Source of the DNA: Fimbriimonadia bacterium | GTDB taxonomy: Bacteria; Armatimonadota; Fimbriimonadia; Fimbriimonadales; JABRVX01 | Assembly (NCBI GenBank): GCA_041483895.1 | Contig: JBGPGO010000007.1 | Location: 1-64,000, forward strand | DNA length: 64,000 nt | Direction of reading: 5' to 3' | Shown: positions 48,462 to 59,273 of the stretch, piece by piece | How positions within the stretch are numbered: position 1 is the first letter of the stretch | Layout of the letters: every line of letters begins with the position of its first letter | The notes under the pieces: generated by a model | Databases searched by the model: none | Seen by the model: the letters and a program-made list of their open reading frames with translations, nothing else | Told to the model about the DNA's origin: nothing | Translations under genes and position numbers: made by a program

Positions 48462-49773
48462 GCACAACCCGATGCTTGGGGATGCTTGCGTCTTGCCGCA
48501 CTTTCTCGGCGGCATCCTCCGCGCGCCGCACAAACTGCTCCGGTGTGGCTTCACCGTTGAGCAGTGCGGTCATCGCGTTTTCCAGTGCCTTGCCGACCGA
48601 CGGATACCATTGTGTGAACTGGATTGACCATACTGCCTTTGAGTTGCGAAACGCGGCAGCGGCCCCTGTAAGGTAGGAAGGAATGTTCGTTTGATCGCTG
48701 CCCCGAACGGACATCAGCGTGCCCTTTTCGGACACAAACTGCTTCGCCTTTTCCGGCGTTGTAAGGTATTTATAAAAATCGATCGCGATGTCCCGATGTT
48801 TTCCCTTTGACGGCACGACCCACGGTTCGATGCCGATGCAGATCGCGGTTGGATCGCCGGTTCCTCCCGCGACGATCGGGGGTGGCATATACTGCATTTC
48901 GAATCGGGGTGGCAGTTGCTTGCTCATCTCTGAGTGTAGCCATGTGCCGCAGGGAATCATTGCCGCGCGCCCGCCGACAAATTCCATCTGCGCTTCAGTG
49001 TGGCTCATCCCAACGGCGCCCTCTTGGAAGAATCCCCGGTCCCGCAACTGCTTGATCATCTTAGCAGCCTGCAAGAATGCCTGAGACTTCCAAGCGCCGG
49101 GTCGCAGCTCCTGTGCCGCGTTGAATGCTTCGACACCGCCGATGCTGATCGCCCAAGGATACAGGAGGCCGGTGAGAACGTATTGCGGATACTTGCCCTG
49201 GAAAGTGATTGGCGCGATGCCCGCGGCCTTGATCTTGTCGCAAAGCGCCAGCAGCTCTTCGAACGTCTTTGGCGCGCTCCAACCGTGGTCCGCAAACAGC
49301 TTTGGGTTGTACCACCAACCCATAACGTTGAAAAAGTATGGGAGCATGTATCGCTTACCATCGTACTGGCCCATCGTCATGAGAGATGGTTCGAACGCAT
49401 CGATCCACTTTCCCTTACCGTCGTACGCAGGCGTGGCGAGGTACTCATCGAGAGGGATCACTTGGTCTTCGTAAATCAGGGACCAATAGTCCATGTCCCA
49501 GCCCGGCCAGGTGAGATCCGGTGGGGTTCCGGCGACAAATCGTGGACGGAGCTGCTCCCAGATCCTGGGGTTGCCCCAGACGCGCAACTTGACGTTTGGG
49601 TGCTTTGACTCATACTCGCGCGCAGCCGTTTCGAAGAAGTCGATCCCGTAGCCGCCTTGAAAGAGCGCAACCTCAACATCCGCGCCGGATCCGGATCTGG
49701 CTTGCTTCTCACTGCAGCCGGCAAGGCAAAGGCAGGCAAGGACAGTGGCGAGCAATCGGCATTGTTTGGTCAC
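48454..49773 (-). CDS. Sugar ABC substrate-binding lipoprotein (NgcE-like)
   Basis: LAGC lipobox; VALFQGGYG, FVAGTPPD, MIPCGTWL. Confidence 0.9.
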   Translation of the reverse strand: MTKQCRLLATVLACLCLAGCSEKQARSGSGADVEVALFQGGYGIDFFETAAREYESKHPNVKLRVWGNPRIWEQLRPRFVAGTPPDLTWPGWDMDYWSLIYEDQVIPLDEYLATPAYDGKGKWIDAFEPSLMTMGQYDGKRYMLPYFFNVMGWWYNPKLFADHGWSAPKTFEELLALCDKIKAAGIAPITFQGKYPQYVLTGLLYPWAISIGGVEAFNAAQELRPGAWKSQAFLQAAKMIKQLRDRGFFQEGAVGMSHTEAQMEFVGGRAAMIPCGTWLHSEMSKQLPPRFEMQYMPPPIVAGGTGDPTAICIGIEPWVVPSKGKHRDIAIDFYKYLTTPEKAKQFVSEKGTLMSVRGSDQTNIPSYLTGAAAAFRNSKAVWSIQFTQWYPSVGKALENAMTALLNGEATPEQFVRRAEDAAEKVRQDASIPKHRVVRD

Positions 49774-49959
49774 AGGGCAGCTTTCGGCATATGCAGAAGC
49801 AGGTCCTGCGTCCGGTGCATGCTCCAAATATTGGCCCTCGATGGGAGCTTTGCAATCAGATTGGTCGCACTGCGGTGTGTGTCGCGGGTTGGTCCGGTCC
49901 AGAGAGGGCGCGACAGACTTTGGAGCACATGGAATGCGTGGCTCAGCGGTTTGGGTCAG

Positions 49960-50265
49960 CTTCCGGGCAGTGGCGACGGTCTGTTTTCGTTGCCCGCGCC
50001 TGTCGGGGTGTTGGACTTGTCGGTGAACGGGACGCATTGGCTGCGGCGGACCGTTGGCGAGTTCAACACGACCGGCGGCAACGCGAGCATGGGAACTGTA
50101 CCGCTGATCAACGGCGACGCACACGAAGACAGCATCGTCGATCTGTTCGACTTGGTCCTGATCCTCCTCGACTTCGCCACCGCCGGCCCAACCGGCGACG
50201 GAAGCGTCGACCTGTACGAACTTTCCATCGTTCTCGCCAACTTCAGCATGATCGACGAACCGTAG
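49960..50265 (+). pseudogene. Orphan C-terminal dockerin-like domain fragment
   Basis: THWLRRT...LINGDAHEDSIVDLFDL...GDGSVDLYELSIVLANF; no credible 5' gene. Confidence 0.7.
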
Positions 50266-50313
50266 CGTTCCTGAGAGCGGTACCGTTGGCTGGATGACGA
50301 CATTGATGCGGCA

Positions 50314-51249
50314 TCACGCCAGCTCGGACAGCAGTCGGCTCGTCCTGCCCGGCAGGTGTTCCCGTGCATCGTCGTAGATCATCAGCGTCTCCAGTTTGGA
50401 ATGGCGGCTGAGCTTCTGCGCGCCGCGCACGTCGCCGTTGGTGGCGTGGAGGTAGGCGGTGATGCTGGTGTGCCGCCACTTGTGCGGACTGAAGTTCTGG
50501 ATGCCGGCCTTCTTGGCATAGTGCTTTACCATGAACGCAAGGCCGACGCCGGTGATGCCGGATGGCTGGCCGGCGCAAGAGAGGAACAGTTCCGGTCGGC
50601 TATCGTTCCGACATGCGAGGTAGTCGCCGATCGCTTCTATGGCCTTATCGCTCAGTGTCATCAGCACCTTCTGAGTCCCTTTGCCTTTGCCACGGACGGC
50701 TAGCGTCTTCGCATCCGGATCGAAGTCGGCCTTCGTCAGATTGCAGATCTCCTGCCTGCGAAGCGCCAGTTCCCAGAACAACCGGAGGATCGCCGCATCG
50801 CGCTTCCCCTTGACGGTAAAGGTGTTCGGCAGCATGAGCATCGCGGCCGCAGCGTCCTTGTCCACGCCCCTGGTGTCTCGATACTGCATTGTCTTCTCGC
50901 CCGGCACCAGTCCCTGCGGATTGACTTCCGTCAGCCCAAGCTGCCGCGCAACGCTCAGAAGCGAGCGGATGGCCGTTAGCCGACGATTGAGGGTCACCTC
51001 CGCCACGCCTTGCTCGATCTGCTGCATCTTGAAGGTGAGCATCGCCCGAACGACGCCGGTCGTCTCAAGCTTGAAGAACGCTCCGATTGTCTGCGGCGTT
51101 GGCTCGCTCCTGGCCACGACCCGGAAGAACAGCCCTAGATCCCGCTGGTAGGCCAGCCTCGTGACTTCGCTCCGCTTGGACTTCAGAAGGAACTCCAGTG
51201 CATCCGGCGCCACCGGACTCGGTTCTGTAAGTTTGAGTTCAATTGCCAT
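50314..51249 (-). CDS. XerC-like tyrosine recombinase / resolvase
   Basis: TRLAYQRDL, TLNRRLTAIRS, LALRRQE, GKG, PHKWRH, SRHS, IY; AGGAGG RBS. Confidence 0.93.
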   Translation of the reverse strand: MAIELKLTEPSPVAPDALEFLLKSKRSEVTRLAYQRDLGLFFRVVARSEPTPQTIGAFFKLETTGVVRAMLTFKMQQIEQGVAEVTLNRRLTAIRSLLSVARQLGLTEVNPQGLVPGEKTMQYRDTRGVDKDAAAAMLMLPNTFTVKGKRDAAILRLFWELALRRQEICNLTKADFDPDAKTLAVRGKGKGTQKVLMTLSDKAIEAIGDYLACRNDSRPELFLSCAGQPSGITGVGLAFMVKHYAKKAGIQNFSPHKWRHTSITAYLHATNGDVRGAQKLSRHSKLETLMIYDDAREHLPGRTSRLLSELA

Positions 51250-51263
51250 GGTCCTTGCCTCCT

Positions 51264-51295
51264 TTGGTATCGAAAAGGGCCATTATCGATACCAA
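51264..51295 (+). other. loxP/dif-like site S1: TTGGTATCGAAAA-GGGCCA-TTATCGATACCAA
   Basis: 13-6-13 palindrome abutting the recombinase RBS. Confidence 0.85.
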
Positions 51296-51411
51296 CACCA
51301 CATGTACTCGAGGGCTCCCACAGAAGTCCAGGCCGCGTGTAAGTGTCGATAGAAGTAAGTCGGTCGGCACGGATCGGGGGCATCCGGGGAATCCTACGCA
51401 ACAGAATGACG

Positions 51412-52737
51412 TCAAATGTCGATCTTGCTGCCAGATGTTGGCGCGATATCGAGGGCGAGTTCGATGGCCTGCTCCATTGTCAGCGCGCGTCCTTCCTGCC
51501 AGGCGGACGCGAAGGCTTCTTCGCCCAGAGCGGCGCGCGCGTCGGCGAGCTGAACGTCATGGCGGATGCGATCGTTCGGCGACAACGGTGAACCGCTTTG
51601 CACCCGCATCACCTCGACCGCGCTCCACAAACGCGCGGCCCGCGCCGCCTCCCCTTTCGAAAGCCAGAGAGCGGCAAAGGCCTGAAGCGAGTGTCCGATG
51701 AAGAAGGGGAGCCCAATTTTGCGAAGAATCGCCAAGCTCTGCTCATGCAGTTCTCTCGACGAGCCGAAGTCGCCCCGCTGTTGCGCGACGATTCCCAATT
51801 CGAGGAGCATGACCCCTATTCCCGGCCGGTCTCCAACCTCTCGCCGAATGGTCAAGCTTTCCTCAAAGAGGGCGCGCGCCGATTCGTAGTCGCCCCGTTC
51901 TTTTGCGATAATCCCTAGGTCGCCAAGCGAGTCCGCGATCCCGCGCCTGTCTCCCACCTCTCGCCGCAAGGTCAGGCTCTCTTCATAAAGCGCGAGCGCC
52001 GACTTCTGGTCGCTATGCGCTCTTGCGATGCCTCCAAGATTGTTGAGAGTGACCGCGATGCCCCGCTTGTCACCCAATTCTCGATAGAGCGACAGGCTCT
52101 CTTCATAAAATTCTCTCGCCGGCCCTAGATCGCCTTGCCGGCTGTAGGAGTTGCCCATATTGTTCAGAGAGCCGGCTATGCCCACCTCATCCCCTATCTC
52201 GCGAAAGACCGACAGGCTCTCCTCAAAGAGCGTCCGGGCTGCCCCATTGTCGTCCTGGAAGTGAGCCAAGCCGCCCGCCCCGTTCAACGCCTTCGCTCTC
52301 GCGGCCGTGCGACATCCACTTTCGTCCCCGGACAACACGATTCCGACCCGCTCGCGCCCCTCAACCAGATGCCCACGCACGGACCAGAAACGCCACAAGG
52401 CCCCAGCGAGACGCAGGGCCTCGGCGTCGTTCCGCAGCTCAAGGACTGATCTGAGGTTGTCATGATCGGACTCCAGTCGTTCCAGCCAAGCAGCCTGCTC
52501 CAGCCCCGTCAACTGCGGTTCCGCTTCCTCCGCCAGCGTCAAGTAGAAGCCACGGTGCCGGTCCCGAACGGCCTCGCCCTCGCCGCTCTCGAACAGACGA
52601 TCCCGCCCATACTGCCGCACGGTCTCCAATAGCCGATAGCGCGTCTGCCCGTTATCCTCTTCGGTCACAACGAGATTCTTGTCGACGAGGGAAGCGAGGA
52701 TTTCGCCTGCCTCGAAGGAGTCGATTGGCCCGCTCAT
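51412..52737 (-). CDS. Winged-helix + TPR sensor module 2 (C-terminal part of a STAND protein)
   Basis: LVDKNLV..RYRLLETVRQY, HDNLR, SLNNMG/TLNNLG TPRs, GRALTMEQAIELAL. Confidence 0.88.
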   Translation of the reverse strand: MSGPIDSFEAGEILASLVDKNLVVTEEDNGQTRYRLLETVRQYGRDRLFESGEGEAVRDRHRGFYLTLAEEAEPQLTGLEQAAWLERLESDHDNLRSVLELRNDAEALRLAGALWRFWSVRGHLVEGRERVGIVLSGDESGCRTAARAKALNGAGGLAHFQDDNGAARTLFEESLSVFREIGDEVGIAGSLNNMGNSYSRQGDLGPAREFYEESLSLYRELGDKRGIAVTLNNLGGIARAHSDQKSALALYEESLTLRREVGDRRGIADSLGDLGIIAKERGDYESARALFEESLTIRREVGDRPGIGVMLLELGIVAQQRGDFGSSRELHEQSLAILRKIGLPFFIGHSLQAFAALWLSKGEAARAARLWSAVEVMRVQSGSPLSPNDRIRHDVQLADARAALGEEAFASAWQEGRALTMEQAIELALDIAPTSGSKIDI

Positions 52738-54041
52738 GCCTCGTTCGCCTCTAATGCGAATTCAACAGCTTGTTCTGTCGTCATGAGGCGGCCCTCCTGC
52801 CATGCCTGGTAGAATGCGGCATCGTCTCCCATATCGGCCCGGGCTGAGCTCACGCGTCGATCGTACTTCGATATTTCGCACGGCATTAGGGGTGATCCGA
52901 TCTCTTTGCGTAGACGTTCCGACGCGCCCCAGATTTGGGCGGCTCGAGGAGGATGGGCGAGTGGCGCCAGTTGTTCCAGCGAGCCGGCGATGCCCCTCGG
53001 ATCACCAAGTTCCTGCCATATTTTCACACTCTCCTTGAGTAGCTGCTGTCCAGCAATGCGGTCATCCAGTTCTCCTGCCACAGCACCAAGGCCTTGAAGC
53101 GCATTGGCGATTGTCCGCCGGTCGCCAAGGTCCCGAGCGATGGTCAGGCTTTCAGATTGCAGCGCTTCGGACATCGAGTACTCGCCACGATGCAAGGCCA
53201 CAAACCCTAGGTTGCATAGCGCCATGGCAATACCCAACCTGTTGCCGGCTTCCCTCATGATCGCCAGGCTCTCCTGATGCATGGTCCAAGCGGTTGGGTA
53301 ATCGACCTGCTCGGTGGCCATAATGCCGAGGTTGCCCAGCGCAACAGCAACGCCATACCGGTCATCGAGTTCTCGAAAGATCGCGAGGCTCTCCTCGAAC
53401 ACGGCTCGCGCATTCAGATGATCGCCCTGTGCCTTCGCCACATTCCCGAGACTGTTCAGTGAAACGGCAACCCCGAGACGGTCGCCGAGTTCCCTCCTGA
53501 TCGCCAAGCCCTCTGCCAACAGCTCTAGAGCGGCTGTATAGTCGCCTTGCTGTGAGGCCAACGAACCGGCGCCGTTAAGCGCCAATGCACGGACCGACCC
53601 AGATTGTCCGCCCGGTTCGACAGCCAGAAGTCCGGTGAGCCAATCACGTCCTTCGCTGATATGCCCACGGATCCACCAGAATCGCCAGAGAGCACCGGCC
53701 AGCCGGAGGCCCAAATCATTTCCGTCACATTGCTCGCGGCACCATTTTAGAGCCGACCGAAGGTTGTCATGCTCTATTTCGAATCGTTCCAGCCAAACCC
53801 CCTGGTCGGGCCCCGACAACTGGGGCACGGCTTCTTCCGCAAAGGCCAGAAAGTTATCTCTGTGTTTAGTCCGCCACTCATCGCTCTCACCGGTCTCCAA
53901 CAAACGCTCTCCTGCGTACTGTCGCACGGTTTCCAACAGACGAAAGCGCGTATGTCCACCTTCCTCTTCAGTCACAACCAGATTCTTGTCGACAAACGAG
54001 CCGAGTAAGTCAAGGACTTCCCGGGTTTCTATGGCGTTCAT
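52734..54041 (-). CDS. Winged-helix + TPR sensor module 1 (C-terminal part of a STAND protein)
   Basis: FVDKNLV..RFRLLETVRQY, HDNLR, TPRs, GRLMTTEQAVEFAL. Confidence 0.88.
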   Translation of the reverse strand: MNAIETREVLDLLGSFVDKNLVVTEEEGGHTRFRLLETVRQYAGERLLETGESDEWRTKHRDNFLAFAEEAVPQLSGPDQGVWLERFEIEHDNLRSALKWCREQCDGNDLGLRLAGALWRFWWIRGHISEGRDWLTGLLAVEPGGQSGSVRALALNGAGSLASQQGDYTAALELLAEGLAIRRELGDRLGVAVSLNSLGNVAKAQGDHLNARAVFEESLAIFRELDDRYGVAVALGNLGIMATEQVDYPTAWTMHQESLAIMREAGNRLGIAMALCNLGFVALHRGEYSMSEALQSESLTIARDLGDRRTIANALQGLGAVAGELDDRIAGQQLLKESVKIWQELGDPRGIAGSLEQLAPLAHPPRAAQIWGASERLRKEIGSPLMPCEISKYDRRVSSARADMGDDAAFYQAWQEGRLMTTEQAVEFALEANEA

Positions 54042-54042
54042 T

Positions 54043-55509
54043 TCACTCCGGATCCGAGCAGACGGATTCGGCTGCTTCGAGCGTCCAGCCGCCCGAGAAA
54101 ACGGACAGCCTACGCAACATCGTTTGTTCCTTCTCGCTCAGCAGGTCGTAGCTCCAGTCGATCAGCGCGCGCAGGGTCTGTTGTCGCGGCAGTGCGGTGC
54201 GGCTGCCGCCGGTGAGGAACCGGAAGCGGTCGTGCAGCCGATCATTGATTTCCTCCACCGAGAGCGCCCGCACCCGCGCCGCCGCAAGTTCGATTGCGAG
54301 CGGAATGCCGTCGAGATGGTGGCACAGCGAGACTAGCGCCGGCGCGTTTGCATTCGTTATCTCGAAGTCTAGGCGTGCCATGCGGGCGCGGTCGATGAAC
54401 AGTTGCGCCGATGCGAATTGCGAGAGCCGCTCGATCGTGTACGTCTGCTTCGGGTCCGGAGTCTCTAGCGAAGGGACTCGGTAGCTTTGCTCGCCCGTGA
54501 TGCCCAACGCCTCGCGGCTGCTGGCTAAGATCTTCACGCCAGGACATGAGCGAATAATTGCGTCCGCGACCTTTGCGCATTCTTCGAGCAGGTGCTCGCA
54601 GTTATCGAGCACGAGCAAGAGATTCTTTTTCTTAAGCCACTCGACCAGCGTCTGCGAAATCGATTTGCCTGGCTCTTCCTTCGCCCCCAGCACGTTTGCC
54701 ACTGCCTGCGGGACCAGATTAGGATCGCTGAGAGACGCCAATTCCACGAGCCATACTCCATCTCCGGTGCCATCCAGGAGATCGGCCGCTACCTGCACCG
54801 AGAGGCGGGTCTTTCCGCAGCCGCCGGAGCCGGTGAGCGTAACGAGGTGATTGGTTTCGACGAGACTTTTGACCTCCTCGACCGCCTTCTCGCGGCCGAT
54901 GAGCGAAGTGGTTTGTTGGGGCAGGTTGTTGGGGAGCTCGGGGTTGTTGAGTGAGCGCAATGGCGGAAAATCGTCTGGTAGATCAGGGTGTAGGAGTTGA
55001 AACACCGTCTCCAACCGCCCCAGGTCCTTCAGGCGGTGCTCGCCCAGATCTCGGAACATCACGGATTCCGGCAGGTTGTCGCGACACAGGTCGTAGGCCA
55101 CGCCAGAAACCAGGGTCTGACCGCCGTGTCCGATCGCGAGTAGCCGGGCGGTGCGGTTCAGCGGCTGGCCAAAGTAGTCCTCGTCGCGGAATTCGACTGC
55201 GCCGGTGTGCAATGCCATGCGAACTTTGATAGGTGTCCCTTCTGCCCACGGCTCCGATACCATTGCAAGCTGGGCGGCGAGAACCGCGGAGACCGCTTCC
55301 GGCGCCGTCGCGAACGCCGCGCAAAATGCGTCTCCAACTGTCTTGAAGATATGGCCCCGCGCGGCCGTTATGGCATCCCGAATCAGGGAGTCGTGACGAG
55401 CAACGGCCAGACGCATCTCTTCGGGTTGTGCCTCCCAGAGAGTTGTGCTCCCCTCGATGTCCGTGAACAAGAAGGTGACGGTACCGAAAGGAGGCTGTGC
55501 TGGGCTCAT
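54043..55509 (-). CDS. Class III adenylate/guanylate cyclase + NB-ARC/STAND NTPase (ends before the winged-helix/TPR part)
   Basis: TFLFTDIEGST, KTVGD, YFGQPLNRTAR; GSGGCGKT, LLVLDNCEH, LDGIPLAIELAAAR. Confidence 0.92.
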   Translation of the reverse strand: MSPAQPPFGTVTFLFTDIEGSTTLWEAQPEEMRLAVARHDSLIRDAITAARGHIFKTVGDAFCAAFATAPEAVSAVLAAQLAMVSEPWAEGTPIKVRMALHTGAVEFRDEDYFGQPLNRTARLLAIGHGGQTLVSGVAYDLCRDNLPESVMFRDLGEHRLKDLGRLETVFQLLHPDLPDDFPPLRSLNNPELPNNLPQQTTSLIGREKAVEEVKSLVETNHLVTLTGSGGCGKTRLSVQVAADLLDGTGDGVWLVELASLSDPNLVPQAVANVLGAKEEPGKSISQTLVEWLKKKNLLLVLDNCEHLLEECAKVADAIIRSCPGVKILASSREALGITGEQSYRVPSLETPDPKQTYTIERLSQFASAQLFIDRARMARLDFEITNANAPALVSLCHHLDGIPLAIELAAARVRALSVEEINDRLHDRFRFLTGGSRTALPRQQTLRALIDWSYDLLSEKEQTMLRRLSVFSGGWTLEAAESVCSDPE

Positions 55510-55697
55510 GTCTCATTGTACTCCTTGCTACTGAGCGATACGAATGAAACGAGCAACCACGGCGCTTATTCAGCGACGAGGTCCTTCCGGGGCAGATTGG
55601 ATAGTTACCGAGCGTAACAATTCCCGATTTAAGCTTTAGGGCCGTCGTGAAATGGGCTCTCGAAAGAGACTTCTTAGGAGTCGTCCTCCTTGGCCTT

Positions 55698-55727
55698 ACC
55701 TATCGATAACGTCCATTTTCGATAGGT
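55698..55727 (+). other. loxP/dif-like site S2: ACCTATCGATAA-CGTCCA-TTTTCGATAGGT
   Basis: 12-6-12 palindrome with the same core as S1. Confidence 0.85.
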
Positions 55728-55764
55728 TGACCGTCGTGGCAACGGACCGTGGTCCAACCCGGCG

Positions 55765-56103
55765 CTAGCTTCCAAGAAGTCGAGCGAAATCCAAGATGTC
55801 GGCAACGAGTGCGTCATCGACCGAGTCAGTACCGTGTAGAACGAAGTGGTAACGGTGTTTTGGGCCGTAGACCTCAAATCGGCGTAGAATCGGGAGCGAT
55901 CCAAGGGGTTCGCGCCATAACATGATGCCTTGATCTTGGCTGCTGGCGTACAGAAGAATCCGCCGGCCTAAGACAATCTTGGCGTTGCGATCCGTTTGCC
56001 GATGATCGACCTCGATTGCAAGTCCTTCGGCTCGAATCCCCAGAAGCAAGGTTCCTAGAGCAGCCATCCGCCGATCGACGTCTACGTGGTCAACTGATGC
56101 CAT
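55765..56103 (-). CDS. Hypothetical protein downstream of hsdR
   Basis: Co-oriented ORF with a GGAAGGG RBS-like sequence; no motif recognised. Confidence 0.45.
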   Translation of the reverse strand: MASVDHVDVDRRMAALGTLLLGIRAEGLAIEVDHRQTDRNAKIVLGRRILLYASSQDQGIMLWREPLGSLPILRRFEVYGPKHRYHFVLHGTDSVDDALVADILDFARLLGS

Positions 56104-56120
56104 TGATGCCACCCTTCCAA

Positions 56121-59100
56121 TTAAGCCACCGCCCATTCACTACTCAAAGCCTCAGCTTGCTCCAAGACAGTCTGCGTCGCTTTCTCCTGCTTATCCGGCG
56201 GGTAGCCGTACTTGCGCAGTATCCGCTTGACAATCAGCCGCAAGTGAGCGCGGACGTTCTCACGGATGGTCCAGTCGATGGTCACGTTCGCCCGGACAGC
56301 CGTTACAAGTTCCTGCGCGATTGTCCGCAGCGTATCGTCGCCCAAGACCTTGACGGCAGAATCGTTCGTCTCCAAGGCATCGTAGAAGGCCAGCTCGTCC
56401 TCGGACAGCCCCATCTTCTCACCACGCGCCTCTGCTTCGCGCAGCTCCCGCGCTAGCTTGATCAATTCTTCAATGACTTGCGCAGCCTCAATCGCCCGGT
56501 TCCGGTACTTCCGAAGCGTGTCCTCAAGCATCTCGGCAAACGAACGCGCCTCTACCACATTCTTGCGCCCGCGCCTGCCAATCTCCCCCGCCAACAGTTT
56601 TCGAAGAAGCTCAACCGCCAAGTTCCGTTGCGGCATGTTGGCGACCTCAGCCAAGAACTCATCGGACAGGATCGATATGTCCGGCTTTTCCAGACCGGCG
56701 GCGGCGAAAACGTCCATTACCCCCTCGGATGCAATTGCTCGCGAAACGATCTGCCGCACCGCATGGTCGATCTCTTCTTCCGTCCGCGCCCGATCTGGAT
56801 CACCCTTGGAAAGCGCCGCCGCGACCGCCTGGAAGAACGCTACGTCGTCTCGAATCCGTAACGCCTCAGGATGCGGCACCGAAAGCGCAAACGCCTTCGA
56901 CAGATCCCGCGCCGCGCGCACGAACCGCTCCTTCCCATCCTCTTGCGCCAAGATGTGTTCCTGCGCTCCGGGGAGAAGGCTCAGCCGCTCACTGGGAGAC
57001 TGCGACATCCATGCCGACCAGTCGAATCCATGGAACATGCCGCAGCAGATCTCGTACTTCTCCAGCATGACGGCAACCGCTTCGTCCTGATCTAGAGCCG
57101 GTGCGCCGGTCCCACCGCTCTTGGTGTAGGTGGCCAGCGCTTGTTTCAACTCATGCGCGATACCGAGATAGTCCACCACCAACCCACCGGGCTTATCTTT
57201 GAACACCCGGTTCACCCGCGCGATTGCCTGCATCAGGCCGTGCCCGCGCATCGGCTTGTCCATATACATCGTGTGCAATGACGGCGCATCGAATCCCGTC
57301 AGCCACATATCGCGCACCAGCACGATTTTGAACGGATCGTCGGGATTGCGGAATCGATTAGCGAGCTTCTCGCGACGGCCCTTGTTGCGGATATGCTCCT
57401 GCCAATCGACAGTGTCGCTTGCCGAGCCGGTCATCACGACCTTCATGGCGCCCTTATCGTCGTCCGAGTTGCCCCACTCGGGTCGCAACTTCACAAGCTC
57501 TCCGTAAAGCTCGACGGCGATTCTGCGGCTCATGCACACGATCATCGCCTTGCCTTCCATCGCGTCAAGCCGCTGCTCATAGTGCTGAACGATGTCCTCG
57601 GCGATTAGCCGGATGCGCTTCTCCGACCCAACAATGGCTTCTAGCTGCGCCCATTTCGTCTTTAGCTTTTCCTTCTGCGATATCTCCTCGCCTTCGGTTA
57701 CCTCTTCGAACTTCGGATCGATCCTGGGCCGCTCTGCTTCATCGAGTTCGAGCTTCGCCAGCCGACTCTCGTAATAGATCGGCACGGTTGCCTGGTCCTC
57801 GACCGCCTGCCGAATGTCGTAAATGCTCATGTAGTCATCGAACACCGCCCGCGTATTCTTGTCTGTCAGTTCGACCGGTGTTCCGGTAAAGCCGATAAAC
57901 GATGCATTTGGCAGTGCGTCGCGCATATGGCGGGCGAACCCATCAATGAAATCGTACTGGCTCCGGTGCGCCTCGTCCGCGATGACGACGATGTTGTGCC
58001 GGTCCGATAGGACAGGATGCTGATCGCCTTTGTCTTCCGGGAAGAACTTATGGATCGTCGTGAACACGACTCCGCCGGCATTCACCGACAGCTTCTTCCG
58101 CAGGTCAGCGCGATCGGTCGCCTGAACCGGCGGCTGGCGCAGCAGTTCCTGGCAGGCGGAAAACACCCCGAACAGCTGATCGTCAAGATCGTTCCGATCC
58201 GTCAGAACGACCAGCGTCGGATTCTCCATCGCAGCTTCAGTAATAACGCGAACGGCATAGAAAGCCATCGTTAGGCTCTTGTCGGACCCTTGCGTGTGCC
58301 AGACGACGCCAATCCGCCGATCGCCCGGTTTGCCTCCTGCCTGGTGCTTTGCCATATAGCCGCTCTTCTGCTCCCGCACAACGTCCGTCCGCAATTGCGC
58401 CGTGCGAACCGTCTCCTCTATCCCAACATTGACAGCGTGAAACTGGTGGTATCCCGCCATCTTCTTGACGATCTTGCCACCGCCCGAATCTTCGAAGACG
58501 ATGAAATGCCTGAGCATCGAAAGCAGACGGCGTTTCTCGAAAATTCCTTGGATGACAACTTGCAATTCCGGTAACCTCGAATCCGCAACGCTATCTCCCG
58601 TGATCGCCTTCCACGGCTTGAACCACTCCTTCCCGGCGCTGAGGGTGCCGACGCGCGCCTGTAAACCATCGGAGATGACGAGCAGTTCGTTGAAAGAAAA
58701 GAGCGTCGGAAGCTCGGCCTTGTAAGTCGGAATTTGGTCATATGCCGTCCAGATGGTGGCATTCTCATCGGCGGCGTTCTTCAGTTCGAAAAGAGCAATC
58801 GGCAGTCCGTTGATGAAGACGACAATATCTTGTCGTCGGGTGTGCTTATTCTCAACGACGGTGTATTGGTTAACGGCCAGCCAGTCGTTGTTATCCGGAT
58901 TGTCAAAATCTATGATCCGAGCCTGCTCCCCCTTGATCGTTCCGTCGGCTCGCTTGAATTCCACGGTGACGCCGTCCACCAACATTCTGTGCAAGGCGCG
59001 ATTTCTTGTCTCGACCGTCGTTCCTTCGCTGCGGGCAATTTTCCGAAAGGCATTCTCAATTGCATCTACCGGCAGCGACGGGTTCAAAGTGACCAGTGCT

Positions 59101-59270
59101 TGTCGTAGCCTTACCTCGAGAATAACCTGTCCGTAATCCTCGCGCTAGGCGAACAGCCCTTCCGGTGCAATCTCCAAGCCGTTTTGGATAGCGTAGTCCA
59201 GGTCTTTCAGCCACGCAAGGGCGGCGTCCTCAACCTGTGATTCGACGAAGCTTGACAGTCCTGCACCCCA
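56121..59270 (-). pseudogene. hsdR: Type I restriction enzyme R subunit, inactivated
   Basis: [35 protein letters not shown]; in-frame TAG at 59145-59147; Walker A reads QGSDKS instead of QGSGKS. Confidence 0.9.
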
Positions 59271-59273
59271 ATG

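Noticed and set aside
54035..54055. Programmed +1 frameshift joining the STAND halves
   Set aside because: CCG GAG TGA A is not a slippery context I recognise; it cannot be supported from sequence alone.
59145..59147. TAG recoding (pyrrolysine or alternative genetic code) in hsdR
   Set aside because: TAG ends several normal genes in the window, and hsdR carries other inactivating changes.
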